A stretch of DNA of 63,774 nucleotides, counting the filler, from Octopus bimaculoides (lineage: Eukaryota), in assembly GCF_001194135.2 (NCBI RefSeq). It is 7 parts of 7 records of this genome, joined end to end, with 100 filler letters (N's around TTAATTAATTAA, not from the genome) between each part and the next. Parts side by side here need not be neighbours in the genome. Positions count along the whole stretch, not along the records: positions 38,277 to 45,398 come from NC_068983.1; positions 45,499 to 50,567 come from NC_068991.1; positions 50,668 to 58,716 come from NC_069007.1; 4 more parts are not named here. One strand, written 5' to 3'. The notes under the pieces are model-generated. The model made no database searches, was not told the origin of the DNA, and worked only from the letters and a program-made list of their open reading frames with translations. The stretch's first letter is position 1, and each line of letters opens with the position of its first letter. Position numbers and translations under genes: made by a program. This document shows, piece by piece, positions 41,861 to 55,540 of this stretch.

Positions 41861-43682
41861 AAAAGGTAGCATGGGTACACTATAACGACAGACATTGACA
41901 TACAGCACGAACTTATACAGAAACAAATAGTTATAACCGACGAGTAACATATAGAAACCAACACTGAACATACGACTATTGGTTGATCAGAACCTATAGT
42001 GAAAAACCACAACATTCTTAATAACTTATAACATGAAATCGAATTACTAAATAAATAATTTAATAATCGAAATAAAATTAACCTTTCTCCTCGCCAGGGA
42101 ACATGTTCTGACCGTCTATCTCGTTCCTGCATGTGCTACGGGCAGAAAGGGCCGGTGTCAAGCTGAAAGGAGAAAGCGAGCGAGAGAGAAATAGAGAGAG
42201 AGAGACAAAGAGAGAAACAGAGAGAGAGACAGAGAGACAGGGAGACAGACAGGTAGAGACAGACAGACAGAAAGCTAGAGATGGAGGAGGATTCAGAAAG
42301 AGAAGTGGATAAGCAATCGCAAACGAAGACGGAAAACACCAAAGAAAAAAAATTAGTTTAAATATCAACAAGATGTTGATATCAACGAACGCATTCACCG
42401 AGAAGATTTTCTTTTCCAATATATTAATGGCAATAATAAGTCTTATGCACACACGCATACGTACCATGTGTGTACATACGTACTTGCCAACAATCATACA
42501 TATATATTAATGTGTGTGTATAGATATACCAATATATACATATATGTATACACACACACACATATATATATGTGTGTATGTATATACATAAATGTATATG
42601 TGTGTGTATGTATGTATTATACGAACATACATACACGTATAGGGAAAGTCCTGAGACAGTGGAAACGCGTTAAATCTAGATAGATAGATAGATAGATATG
42701 TATTGATATATTGTTTAAATATAGCAAGTTTTATTTTTTAACGTAAGGGCTAAATGATTTTATTCTATGTGATTATATATAAAAAGCAAAATACTTAAAT
42801 GTTTTCCTACAGTAGTTTTTTTATTTAAAATATACTAGTATATGCGTTCACAAGTTAAATTTGACATACGTAGAGGAAGAAAGGTAGAAACAGAAAAAAA
42901 GTGATCACATGTTACTTCAATATTTCTATGTGAGAAAGTTTTAGTGTATAAATTTTTAGGTGTATGTTGCAGCCAAAAGAGGTTTTCTTGTAGAAGAAAA
43001 ATCATATGTAACTGACTGGGATCCGGTTTGCGTTGACGTTCAGCTTTTAAAGTTTTAAGTGTTTCTTTCTTTTTTCAATGATATGTAAGAACCATGCACC
43101 GATTAAATGAATATATGAGCAAGTCGCTTATGCCATTTCCAAAACAGGGGATGTAATTTTTGGGTTTGTGTTTTTGTTTACTTTTTGTCGTTTGTCTATT
43201 TTTAAAGTATATGTTGGTTAATGTTTTCTAAAAAATATTTATTCTTATTTAAAATAAAGAGTTCTTTTTAAGAGAGGAAAAGTTTTTAATTGTACAACGA
43301 TGAACATTGGAATATATTACCGTTTTAATGCTCATTTTGTATGTCGCTACATACAATTATTTCACACTATCAAAATTAGAAAGCCAACGGCATGACCTCT
43401 GTGTGGTTGCAAATTCCGCTAGAAATAGCAACCAACTTTCCCTGAAATCATAATAACATTTGTAGATATTGGGAGTCAATTCATGTTCTTTTGTATTAAC
43501 ACAAGACCATACATATTTGTGGTATTGCGCCATGGTTAGTGACAGGAAGGGCCCGCTTATGGACGTGGAAAAGTCTGCTGCGTTTTCGATTGAGCCAACG
43601 ATTTCTTATTTATACACCGACCTACGGGTCTAGTAGAAAGTTCTTCCATTCACTACAATCATGCTTCACAGTAATGTCCTTT

Positions 43683-43891
43683 CTACAATAGGTAAAGGCC
43701 TGAGTATTTTTGGTGGGGGATGTAGTCGATTACATCAACCCTAGTGCTCGACTAGTACTTACTTTAACAACTCCTTCAGGATGAAAGACAAAGTTGGCTT
43801 CTGCGGAATTTGAACTCAGAACGTAAAGCCAAAAGAAATGCCATGAAGTAATTTGTCCAACGTTCTAACGACTCTACCAGCTCGTCCCCTT
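43683..43891 (-). mobile_element. SINE family D, diverged
   Basis: Reverse complement of the D consensus. Confidence 0.7.
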
Positions 43892-43962
43892 TGGTATATC
43901 AAGAATAGGATGATAAAATGTTCTGTTCAGAAAGATATCGAGAACGCTTGTTTGAACTCATG

Positions 43963-44284
43963 TGAATGCGCGTGGCTCAGTGGTTAGGGCATTTGGCTCA
44001 CGATTGTAAGGTCGTGAGTTCAATTCCCGGTGACGCGTTGTGTCCTTGGGCAAGAGACTTTATTTCATGTTGCTCCAGTACACTCAGCTGGCAAAAATGA
44101 GTAGTACCTGTATTTCAAAGGGCCGGCCTTGTCACACTCTGTGTCAAGCTGAATCTCCCTGAGAACTACATTGAGGGTACACGTGTCTGTGGATTGCACA
44201 GTCACTTGCACGTTAATTTCACGAGCAAGCTGTTCCGTTGATCGCATCAGCTGGAACCCTCAACGTCATAAGTGACGGAGTGCT
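43963..44284 (+). mobile_element. SINE head B + tail T1
   Basis: gtgtccttgggcaagagactt...cactcagctggcaaaaatgag resembles the CORE domain as recalled; T1 tail follows. Confidence 0.8.
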
Positions 44285-44583
44285 CCTCCTTTGAACTCAT
44301 AACCTCTGCATATAATACGATATATCCATGATATATCGTATGATGATAATTGTAGCAGCAGTGCTACTATCAACACGGAGCAGAATAGCCATAGCATAAC
44401 TATCACCTCAATTATTGCACATACATTCATAGCACCTTCACCTTCTTCATCACCATCGTAACCTATAGCTTTCCCAACAACATCATCACAACCATCTACC
44501 GCTAACATCCCGTCATAATTACAACAACGAAGACCAACACCAACGCAGTCCAAACAGAAGAGGCGACATTACACGAGCGCGAG

Positions 44584-44586
<3 letters not shown>

Positions 44587-44651
<65 letters not shown>

Positions 44652-44907
44652 TAAACACACACATACACACACACATACACACACACATACACACACACAT
44701 ACACACACACACATACACACACATACACACACATACACACACACACATACACACACACATACACACACACACATACACACACATACACACACACACATAC
44801 ACACACACACACATACACACACATATACACACACATACACACACACACATACACACACATACACACACACATACACATACACACACATATACACACACAT
44901 ACACACA

Positions 44908-44941
<34 letters not shown>
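44587..44941. repeat. Interrupted (CA)n/(CATA) microsatellite, about 350 bp
   Basis: Directly visible. Confidence 0.95.
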
Positions 44942-45087
44942 ATCATAAAGATAATCACGCAAATATATGTATACGTAGAGAGAGATACACATATCACAAA
45001 CCCCACAAGTAATAATTCTAACAACCCTCCACCACAAACCTCAACACTCCACAACAACGATATTAACAAAAACAAGGCCTAATGAGA

Positions 45088-45310
45088 GGGGTCTCTACGT
45101 GGTAGGACGACCTCCTGGAAATAGCAATTAAATCTCCTTCAAATCGCATTCTGCCGTCTTATAAAAGGGAAGGACTCTCATTAGGTAATATAGCCCTAGA
45201 TGCCAAAAAAAAAATATATGAATAAAATTCGATAGCCATGGATAGAATGCATTTTATCATAAATCTGCTTGATCTAAATTCACCTGGGGTTAAACAATAA
45301 CAGCAACAAC
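45088..45310 (+). mobile_element. Old SINE-like family E with (CAA)n tail
   Basis: gaaatagca..aaatctcc..caaatc..cgtctt..aaaggga...gatc..acctggggttaaacaataacagcaacaac. Related diverged copies near 5301-5467 (+), 22357-22520 (-), 24200-24326 (+) and 36070-36420 (+). Confidence 0.6.
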
Positions 45311-45570
45311 GATATTAGCAACACGCAAACATTGCCATCAGTAAAACCTTCAACATCTTTCTTTGCCGCCGCCACCACCACCACCACCACCACCATCANN
45401 NNNNNNNNNNNNNNNNNNNNNNNNNNNNNNNNNNNNNNNNNNTTAATTAATTAANNNNNNNNNNNNNNNNNNNNNNNNNNNNNNNNNNNNNNNNNNNNGG
45501 TGAATAAATCGATATATCGAGTTTGAAGTCTCTGTCTCTTTTGAATATGAAAATTTAAAAGTTAAAAACC

Positions 45571-45632
<62 letters not shown>

Positions 45633-47778
45633 TACACATATATAAAGTATTTAATTTTATAAATATAATTATAAAATTATAATAAGGACAACTACTGAGT
45701 AATGCCACAAGCTAGAAGAAGGCACCAAATGTCTCTAAAACTACCTTATTTATCACATAGATACGGACCGAAAGCGAGGGAATGAACAAAAAGATTTAAA
45801 AAAGAGTTTAGCCATGGATCGATTTCTGGTTTAGGGATGTAGCACCCTTTACCGTCCCCAGTATGACATAGCCGAAAGTACATAATTATAAGCATTTATT
45901 CATACAATACGAACACAATTCATCCACAGTGCATATAAAAATGTTCACAGTTATATACAAGTTAAATCTAATTCGTACATATCAGCCACGTGTGTATAAC
46001 GAAATTATTTAGCAATGAATAAATTTAGTTTAAATGAATTCATATTTTTAATCATTATAATCAAGGATAAAATCTATATAGGATTTTATGAAGTAGCTAG
46101 CATGTAAACAATCTGCCCGTGTCTATGCGACAAATAAGGTAATTATAGAGCGATTTGGCATCTTGTTCTAACATGTGGGATTACTCAGAAGTTACCCTTA
46201 TTATAATTTTATAATAATTTATTTATAAAATTAAATACTTTATATTAATTCTTACCTGAATGGTTTTTTACATTGTCCTGGGATGGATAGATAGATAGAT
46301 AGATAGACAGACAGACATATATATGTATATATANNNNNNNNNNNNNNNNNNNNNNNNNNNNNNNNNNNNNNNNNNNNNNNNNNNNNNNNNNNNNNNNNNN
46401 NNNNNNNNNNNNNNNNNNNNNNNNNNNNNNNNNNNNNNNNNNNNNNNNNNNNNNNNNNNNNNNNNNNNNNNNNNNNNNNNNNNAGATAGATAGATAGATA
46501 GATAGATAGATATGTAAATTACAAACACAAAGACACAATAGATTTGTTTGAAGTCTTTAATTCACTCCGTCCCTATTCAGAATTACAAGATAGAAATTAT
46601 AGCAAAGGCAGAAAAATCATAGACAGAAGAACTAATATTAAGAATTCATCAATTTAGATGAAGGAGCTCATCGAATGTCTTATATTTGCTAGCTTTCGAT
46701 GGCGAGCTGCGGTGATTTGATACAACAATATGGCAACTTGCAGATGGCTGGTTGTTAATACTCAGGATATAGTAAATATATGATTAGTTAACCAGTACTT
46801 TATACTAGATGGAAGAGCTATTATTATCAAGGGTAGATAGCGGTTCAAGTCTACAATGGAGAAATACTTTTATATCGTGTTACTGGGTTCCAATAGCTAA
46901 ATTTCCAATGCCTGTACTGGTGAGGGTATTTAGCTACGTTTAAATTTTTAATAGGAATTTATTAACATGTTTACATATGTACAATAGTAAAGTCTTTTTT
47001 TATACAGAATATATCTAACAATTAAATCATAATGTCATACTTCTCAGTTAGCCATTTGCCAGTCCTGAGTATCACATGTGATGCACGAAACGTATTTCCC
47101 TGGTGATCATTCATCATAGTTGGCGTTTTCAGTTCTCTTCACTCACTAGAGTAAATTAGAGTGTGTGAAAGGAAAACTATTTATTACTATGAAACATATG
47201 AAACCAGAGCTGACTAAATGTCCAAGCATGGACATTTAGGATGACAAGCGATTACACAGCCATAACTTAAACATAAGTTAAGCATAACTTAAACAGCTTT
47301 GGCATGTCAGTAACTAGTATTGTAGCTTTTATGGCCCACTCTATGGATGGATCATAGAAACAGCAATACCAGTTTTCTGAGCTTTGCCATTCCTATACTC
47401 AGCTCAACTATCTTTCTGCTTCCAGATGTATTACGACAATGATGTGAACCTACTTCAGTCTGGAAGTGTAAACGGGTGAGTGTGATTTGGGGTTTGGTCT
47501 TGAATGTATTTTTCGCAATTGCAGTTTTCGATATTAAGTTCATAGTAAAAAGGATGAGTTTAAAATCAGAGGATCGTTCATTTCCTCATTAGACTAGTCT
47601 CTGTAGCATTTTCTGCTTGTTGCTGTTTAAAGGCAACAGTTGTTATCTCTTGCAAACCAGGTTTATGGCAACATAAGTAGATTTTTTTTGCAAAGACAGC
47701 GTAATGTTCGTTACAAGAACGACTCGTCGAGCGGTCGACATTCTTTTTTATCTATGTCCCATCTGTATATTTCTCCGT

Positions 47779-47810
<32 letters not shown>

Positions 47811-48021
47811 ACGCGTTTACATACATACATTCATGTATATATATGTGTGTGTGTGTGTATGTATCTAATGTATCTACGTTTGTGCACATACGTTCGTACA
47901 TATATATTGAACTTCAAAGTGGTTAAATTGTTCAATATGTCTATTAGTGAGGTAACAGCCTGCTATTCAGCGGCCTGATACTTGCATGCAAACACACACA
48001 CACTCACGCGCACACACACAT

Positions 48022-48068
<47 letters not shown>

Positions 48069-48299
48069 CATAAACACAGAAACACACATATATGTATGCA
48101 TATATATACATATACTCGAGTGTGTATTTGTAAGGAGTCATGCGTTTGTCAGTAGGTTTACCTATTCGGTGGTGGTAGGGACAAATTAAAAAGGAACTCA
48201 CGACTGGGGATGAATAAATATGAATAAACGTGCGTATGGTTCGAGTTTCAACTTATGGCATTCCGTTGGTCAGAAATTGAGGCCCCGTCCTCGGACATT

Positions 48300-48914
48300 C
48301 ACACACGGGGCTGGCTGCCCTGCAACTGAAAAGGTCTTTGGACTAGTGAGTAACGAAGGCCATGCCATGCCACTTCACATCTTCGCAAAGGGTCTTACAA
48401 TTAATGCGGCTGAATATGTTGAGGTGATGAAGACAGTTGTTAAGCCCAGAGTAGATGAAGTTCGCAGTAGAAGGCCATCCGTGTTTTAGTAAGACTCAGT
48501 ACCTTCTCACAAAGGCACATAACCTAAAAATGGATGTGAGACAACGTTTACGATCATGTAAGATCCAATTTGCAGCCCCCAAACTCACCAGATTTAAATT
48601 CTATGACATTACTAGGTTTGGGGCGCTGTTGAAATGAAAACTAACCAGCATTCTCGAGTTGCCATACCTTCACTGAAAACCGCCATTGTCCAGGTAATCC
48701 CCGAAATAAATAGGGACCATTTTGTGCAGGCTTGTCGACGAATATGGTTTCTACCTCGAATGAATCATTGACATCAAATATGAATTCATAAAATGAACTT
48801 ATAAGAAAGCTTATCGAGAACGTGTGCACACATTTTTATCAAATGGTTTTGGCTAAATTAGAGCTGTTTTATTAAATTACCAAATATGTCCATAAATGCG
48901 TCTCGCATCCTGTA
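48300..48914 (+). mobile_element. Tc1/mariner DD37D (maT-like) transposon, 3' half, decayed
   Basis: PATEKVFGLVSNEGHAMPLHIF..INAAEYVEVMKTVVKP..VF*QDSVPSHK..PPNSPDLNS.D.Y.WG with stops and frameshifts; 109 nt between the last two catalytic Asp codons (111 expected for D37D); ends ...catcctg-TA. Confidence 0.78.
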
Positions 48915-49052
48915 TGTATAAATACATATACATGTAGGTCCCTGAGAGGCACCTACAAAGCCGAGTCAAACTGCTATTAAAATATATGAAGCCCTGCTAA
49001 ATGTGTTCAGTGCTATCTTCCTTTCCTTGTACCCTCGCTGATATTCTTTGAT

Positions 49053-49335
49053 TCCTTTACTTGTTTCGGTCATTTGGAGCATCACCTTAAAGAAATCGAT
49101 CCCAAGACTTATTCTTTGTAAGCCTAGTACTTATTCTCTCGGTCTCTTTTGCCGAACCGCTAAGTTACGGTTACGTAAACAAACACACCAGCATCGGTTG
49201 TCAAGCGATGGTAGAGGAACAAACACAAACACAAAGGCACACACATATAGATAGATACATACATACATACATATACGACGGGCTTCTTTTCAGTTTCCGT
49301 CTACCAAATCCACTCACAAGACTTTAGTTGGCCCA
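49053..49335 (-). mobile_element. SINE family C, 5'-truncated
   Basis: Reverse complement of the C body and tail. Confidence 0.8.
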
Positions 49336-49602
49336 GAGGGTGCGCGCACACATACATGTGTGTGTCTGTATGCGTATACACGCAAGGAAAGACCTTATGT
49401 ACGCATATTTGCGTCTCTGCTCAGATGTGTTCATGAGTACCTGTCGCCATCTGCTCACCTCATTAATCGAAAACATTCAATTTATTCATTTAGCTTTATT
49501 GATAAGTTGTATATTATTTCGTCTTCAGCTCAGTAAGAGACACACAAACACACAGACACAGGTATATACATACATGCATACATGCATACACACATACATA
49601 CA

Positions 49603-49644
<42 letters not shown>

Positions 49645-49781
49645 TGGATGTACTACCTATCTTTATATGCACACACACACACACACACACACACANNNNN
49701 NNNNNNNNNNNNNNNNNNNNNNNNNNNNNNNNNNNNNNNNNNNNNNNNNNNNNNNNNNNNNNNNNNNNNNNNNNNNNNNNN

Positions 49782-49828
<47 letters not shown>

Positions 49829-50360
49829 TATATATGTATATATACACACATATCTATGTATATATGTATATATTTCTATGTATATGTTTCTGCGCACGCG
49901 TGTGTGTGCGTGTGTGCGTGTGTGTGTGTGTGTGTGTGTATTTGTGTGTGTGTGTGTATGTGTGTGTGTATGTGTGTGTGTTTAATCAGAAATAAATATT
50001 GAATTATTGACAAGCGGAAGCAGTTGATGCGTGTTATGACTGTATCTATGCACACATGTTAATAGATATTCGTGTATAATATGCGTGTATATGTATATAT
50101 ATCCGTGTATTTGTGCATGGACAACACTCTGTGTATGTGCATATGTACGTATACACACGAGCAGCCAGACACTCACATACATACATTCAAGGACAGACAG
50201 ACAGACAGATAGACACACACACACACACCTATACATATATACATATATATAGATATATAGCAACGTTCTGTGAAATATGGATTCAGACTAAGCTATCACA
50301 GTAAGCTCCTTGTACGGATTCATCGAGCAATCTACTTAATGATCAATTACATTTCATAAT

Positions 50361-50362
50361 AT

Positions 50363-50433
<71 letters not shown>

Positions 50434-50483
50434 TAATAATAATAATAATAATGATAATAATAATAATGATGATGATGATAATG

Positions 50484-50532
<49 letters not shown>

Positions 50533-50567
50533 TAATAATAATGATGATGATGATGATAATAATAATA
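50361..50567. repeat. (ATA)n microsatellite with ATG interruptions
   Basis: Directly visible. Confidence 0.95.
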
Positions 50568-50774
50568 NNNNNNNNNNNNNNNNNNNNNNNNNNNNNNNNN
50601 NNNNNNNNNNNTTAATTAATTAANNNNNNNNNNNNNNNNNNNNNNNNNNNNNNNNNNNNNNNNNNNNGTAGTAATAAGATTATTAATAATTTCATAATTT
50701 GTCACAAGGGGTTAAAGGAAAAAAATAAAAACAACAATAAAATAACACAAATATAGAAACAGTGAGTTGGGCGA

Positions 50775-51475
50775 AGACCAAGCTGATGCGTGTCGGAGAT
50801 GGCCCCGACCCTCCCCATCGCCATATTGGCCCCCGACGTCGTGGAGTTTGTCAGCTCCTTCATCTACCTGGGCTCCACAGTCACCAACAATGAACACCTG
50901 ACTCCGAAGGTCAACCACAGATGTAGTCTGGCCACCGGGATCATGTACCCCCCATGGAAGCCCTCTGGCATCACTTCTTTTTCAGTCCGAAGACGAACCC
51001 CTGCATCTACAACGTATTGGTCTTCTCCATTCTCCTCCATAGAGCAGAAACGTGGCCTCTCTCGAAGACCTTAGCAAAGAAGATCGACTGCTTTGATAGC
51101 AGAGTACTGAGAACTATCGAGAACATCAGATGGTATCACCACGTTTCCAACAAAGAACTGCATCATCCCGCAACCTCCCACCTCATAGCTATCCGTCGCA
51201 TGCACTGCTGCGGACATGTCCTCCGTCTCCCTTTAGATCATCCTACCAGGGCTTTGCTCTCATTCGACGCAGCAGCTGCGGGCTGGAAGAGATATCATGT
51301 TTGGAAACTGATTAAGGAAGATCTCCAGAAGCTCGACATCATCTTGGAGGACGGAGAGGGGCTGGCATGAGACCACCAGCGATGGAGAGTACTGGCAGAC
51401 CTGGTCGGCTCAATGTATGATGACGTCTCTGAGACCTCTAACCTGAGATGACTCCAGCCTCATCAAGCAAATGCA
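50775..51475 (+). mobile_element. RTE-clade LINE, 3' fragment, frameshifted
   Basis: VEFVSSFIYLGS (end of RT); TNPCIYNVLVFSILLHRAETW; RRMHCCGHVLR; IKEDLQKL. These are RTE ORF C-terminal motifs. Confidence 0.82.
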
Positions 51476-51744
51476 TAAAGCAAGAAACGAGTAGGAAAAA
51501 CAACAAAATGAGGATAAACACAGTCGTCCCAAATAGGGGGATGGTTACTTTAGGACCAATCAAACAAACCCTACAAAAATCTCAATAGCCCATTCTACCA
51601 AGAACAAGTGTTCTCTCTCATCCACAGTGTCTCGCCCAGTAGCATGAACGGGGTACGCTTGTTTACTCACCCCAAATTTGCTGCTCTTATCCACTTATCA
51701 ACAATTTTACGGAGTAGGGTGAGGAGAGCATACTTTAATATTGC

Positions 51745-52180
51745 CGGTCTTCATTTTGATTTCCAAGTGAAACTTTAAAAAGTTAAAGAGAGCTTTGCCG
51801 AAAAGGAAAGCACCTGTCTTCAGTCCTTGCAGCCTCGTCCACCTCGTCCAACCTTTTTCACCATTGCCATAACTTAGAGGAAAACTGCTCCCTTTTCTCG
51901 ACTAAAGGTGGAGTCGGGGAGGGTAGGGTGATATCCGCAACAGACTCAGCTAATAGCCAGATTGCTCTTACACACAACAGCAGCACTTCGAGCAAAGACC
52001 ACAGGTCAGCGATGTTCGGACACCAAACAAGTGCATGCAAAATAGTTTCGTCGCTCTGTGCGGATCTTGGACAGACTTCGCTGATGACCCTTCCGTACTT
52101 GTAGAATTTGTACCGGAAGCGGCATGCCTCTCTGATAACACAACCAGGCCAAAACTTTTTTGAAATTACCCGTAATTCTT
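51745..52180 (-). mobile_element. Tx1/L1-like LINE ORF2 C-terminal fragment
   Basis: CPRSAQSDETILHALVWCP (degenerate CCHC zinc knuckle), then RLQGLKTGAFLFGKALFNFLKFHLEIKMK. Confidence 0.7.
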
Positions 52181-52871
52181 GGAGCAAAAGTTCACCGGAA
52201 CGGACCATCCAGTTGATTCTCATCGAAGTCAAGTGTTTTTGCCTACATATTTGTCCATATGCTATTGTTACAAAAAGTATTGTAATAACATCTCAATCTC
52301 TTTAAAGAGTAATACTACAAGAGTTTGTAACATAGCAACAAGGCCAATAATTTTGAGGGGTAAAGGGTTAGTCGACAACATCTACTCAACTACTGGATTA
52401 GTTCTTTATATTATCGACTTCGGAGGCTGAAAGATAAAGTTGATCTGGTAAGATTTGATCTCAGATTATAAAAGCATTTCTCCCGACTCTCGAAGGGTTT
52501 TGTAACTTTATCACCCTTAATGTAAAACTGCACAAAATATTTAAATGTAACAATAGTTTTCATTCGTCGTCCATTGCGGGAAGGACGGTGCTGTACAAAA
52601 CACAACGATCGGGTTTGATCTGGCTTTTAGGAAGGTGTTTCATGTCAGAAATCAGAGTTAGATAAATCAAAGTGATTTTCAAGAACGTCTCAGTTGGGTT
52701 AATATTATCATATCTAACGTCAGCTCGGGGACATCTCTTGATGGGGCTAAGTCCATAATTACTTCAGAAATTTTTCGACTACTTTAAAAACCAAAGTGAG
52801 CATATCACTGGTGAATCTCCTCAAAAGACCATTTGTGGAGGCGGTAAACCAGGCTGGTATACTTGTTTCTA

Positions 52872-53075
52872 CGAGTGGTGGCGCTACTGAGGAAAGATGC
52901 GAACAAAGGGGACGTAATAAATAAGTTCCAGCTCTGTTTGACAGTTTGATCAAATTGATAGCAAAGAGATTGGAGCTTGTGATCGAGGGCACGTTTGGGA
53001 AAGAACAGACGAGCTCTGTTCCGACCAGGTCTATTCAAGACAACTTCCGCGCCAGGCGATACCTCGAAGAAAGGC
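52872..53075 (+). mobile_element. Tx1/L1-like LINE reverse transcriptase N-terminal fragment
   Basis: RVVALLRKDANKGDVINKF, frameshift, LIKLIAKRLELVIEGTFGKEQTSSVPTRSIQDNF; resembles RT subdomains 1-2 (..KRL..EQ..VPGRSI.DN). Confidence 0.68.
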
Positions 53076-53966
53076 GAAGGGGTGTTAATTAGGGCGTGAG
53101 TTTGTGAATGAACACAAAAATGGTCGCACTAAATGTAAGGGGTCACGTAGAACATATTCCTATGAAGGGGTAGCTAGGGGTTTTAGGTCGGAGAGTTTAT
53201 GGCACAGTTTTCCCAACGATACTCGATACTAACGTAACTATGAAGACGAAGCTAGATTTTCAAATTCTTGAACTAACGTGATGGATTTCCAGACGATATC
53301 AGCATAAATCTTGTTCGTCTCACTAAGGTGGTATGGGGTTGAGCAGCTAGTTGGGACACCCCTATATAATTGAAAGAAAGACTTCAGTGAGGAAAACATG
53401 AAGGAAGTCTTTGGATCTGAATGAAATTATTCAGGTGAACTCGAACATAGAAAATAACCGAGTGAAGCAGAAACTGAGAGTCAGTGAAGAAATGTCGTGA
53501 CACGAGAAAGCAAACGGAAAAGCATAATATTGAGCGAGGACAATCGATAAATATTCATTACATGACGATGAAGGTAACGAACCATTAAAATCAATGCTTA
53601 TGCGACAAAAGGTCGCAGAGAACTGACCAGTTAATTTGGTTTTGGATGATATCATTACAGATTTAACGTTTGATTAATTTGGCATCCAGAAACAACACGC
53701 TTAATGTCATTCACCGATATACAGAAAACTTCACACCCGAATGAAATGCGTCAAAACTTATAATCCAAAATAGCGGAAAGATTTTCAGAATTGTCAGATG
53801 TTAATATTTCATAATAACACAATAAAATAAGAAATACAGCATTACTGAGGCTTGAAGAACGATGTAAGATTTTGTAAGCGAACGATACGAGTTCTAATCA
53901 GCAGCGTGACATTTCCATATTTTTTAATCTTACTTTTGTGCTTTATATTGAACATACAAGTTCTAG

Positions 53967-54382
53967 GTGGAGGCGCAATGGCCCAGTGGTTAGGGCAGCG
54001 GACTCGTGGTCATAGGATCGCGGTTTCGATTCCCAGACCGGGCGTTGTGAGTGTTTATTGAGCGAAAACACCTAAAAGCTTCACGAGGCTCCGGCAGGGG
54101 ATGGTGGCGAACCCTGCTGTACTCTTCCACCACAACTCTCTCTCACTCTTACTTCTTGTTTCTGTTGTGCCTGTAATTCAAAGGGCCAGCCTTGTCACAC
54201 TGTGTCATGCTGAATATCCCCGAGAACTACGTTAAGGGTANNNNNNNNNNCCTGAGAACTACGTTAAGGGTACACGTGTCTGTGGAGTGCTCAGCCACTT
54301 GCACGTTAATTTCACGAGCAGGCTGTTCCGTTGATCATATCAGCATAGGACCCTTGTCGTCGTATGCGACGGAGTGCCAACA
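53967..54382 (+). mobile_element. tRNA-derived SINE, head/body A + tail T1, full length
   Basis: Same consensus as 22776-23159; 11-bp TSD ACAAGTTCTAG at 53956-53966 and 54383-54393; internal 10-N gap. Confidence 0.92.
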
Positions 54383-55264
54383 ACAAGTTCTAGATTTCTG
54401 GTAAGTCGTTAGGATAAATCGTTTGCCTAAGTTGTACCGTTTTTTTTCTCTCTTTTTACTTGACCTGACACACTCACCTGTATGTTTTTTTTTGTTCCTT
54501 TTTTTTTCTTGTGCAATGATTTTCTCGGCAAAATTTACTGATCGAACAAACGAATGTTACAAATCTACCTTTTTGGTAAAGAGCAGTCCCATTGACGACC
54601 TTAAAGGCGCCTATTTCGGCGGCAAACGACATTTTTCTTCTATTTTAGCCTTGTCAAAACATCATAAAACATGTTTTTAAATCATTGCTTACCCTTTCCA
54701 GCTTCCTCTGAGGTTGTAAACTAAGCATTGAAAACATGGAACCAATTGAGAACAATAAACGAACAGATCAATAATACAACACCAGGTTTGTTTATTAGTT
54801 GTAAACGCAGATACTTGAAGAGGAATTAAATACAAATCGTTGCAACTAATTCGATAACCAAGAATACAGACGGATTTAGTTGAAAATTCGCAGTTTTCGT
54901 TATTCAGTGTTATATATGCTTTGCGAACAATTTCTCACAATTTGGAGAGAATTTTGTTGTTCCTATTTGGCCTTATCACAAATAAGTCCATATTAACAGG
55001 AATGTTAGCTTTCCAGGTAGTTTTTAACGTATAATATTGTTTACGATTCTTTGGGAAAACACATTATTTGTAAGACTAAAACTAAGATGTTTAAACTGAA
55101 TCAAGTGACCGTCTGTCTCACACAATTAGTAAATGTCTCCTCATCAGAATGTAATGCAATATAGTGGTAAGCACTATGTATGTCGATAATACTCAATATT
55201 AGGTTGTCCTAGATGGAATGGCCACTTAGAAATGAATCAATGAAAGCTATTATAATCATGATTT

Positions 55265-55540
55265 ATTTATCAAAATAGGTTCCATTAACTTTTTTTCATC
55301 CCCTTCGGAGATTATATATTCCTTATTTAAACAAAATCTCTTTTGGAGCCATGAATTGTTCAAAGGATGTCATTATTTCTTTTGCATATTTTTTGTCATG
55401 GATGTAAAGCTCAAAGTGGCGAAATAAATGATAGTCTTTTGGTGATATATGTAGAGAATATGGAGGACATTCTATAATTAAGCTGCTGTAACTTTGCTTT
55501 GGTTTGATTCGAGGTGTGGGGTCTGGCAATGTCATGCAAG
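55265..55540 (-). mobile_element. Mariner transposase C-terminal remnant
   Basis: CPPYSLHISPKDYHLFRHF resembles HPPYSPDLAPSDYHLF; downstream *GIYNL..NGTYFDK*. Confidence 0.68.

Noticed and set aside
53967-54045. tRNA-like sequences at SINE 5' ends
   Set aside because: They have A/B boxes but no complete cloverleaf and always continue into SINE bodies, so they are not tRNA genes.
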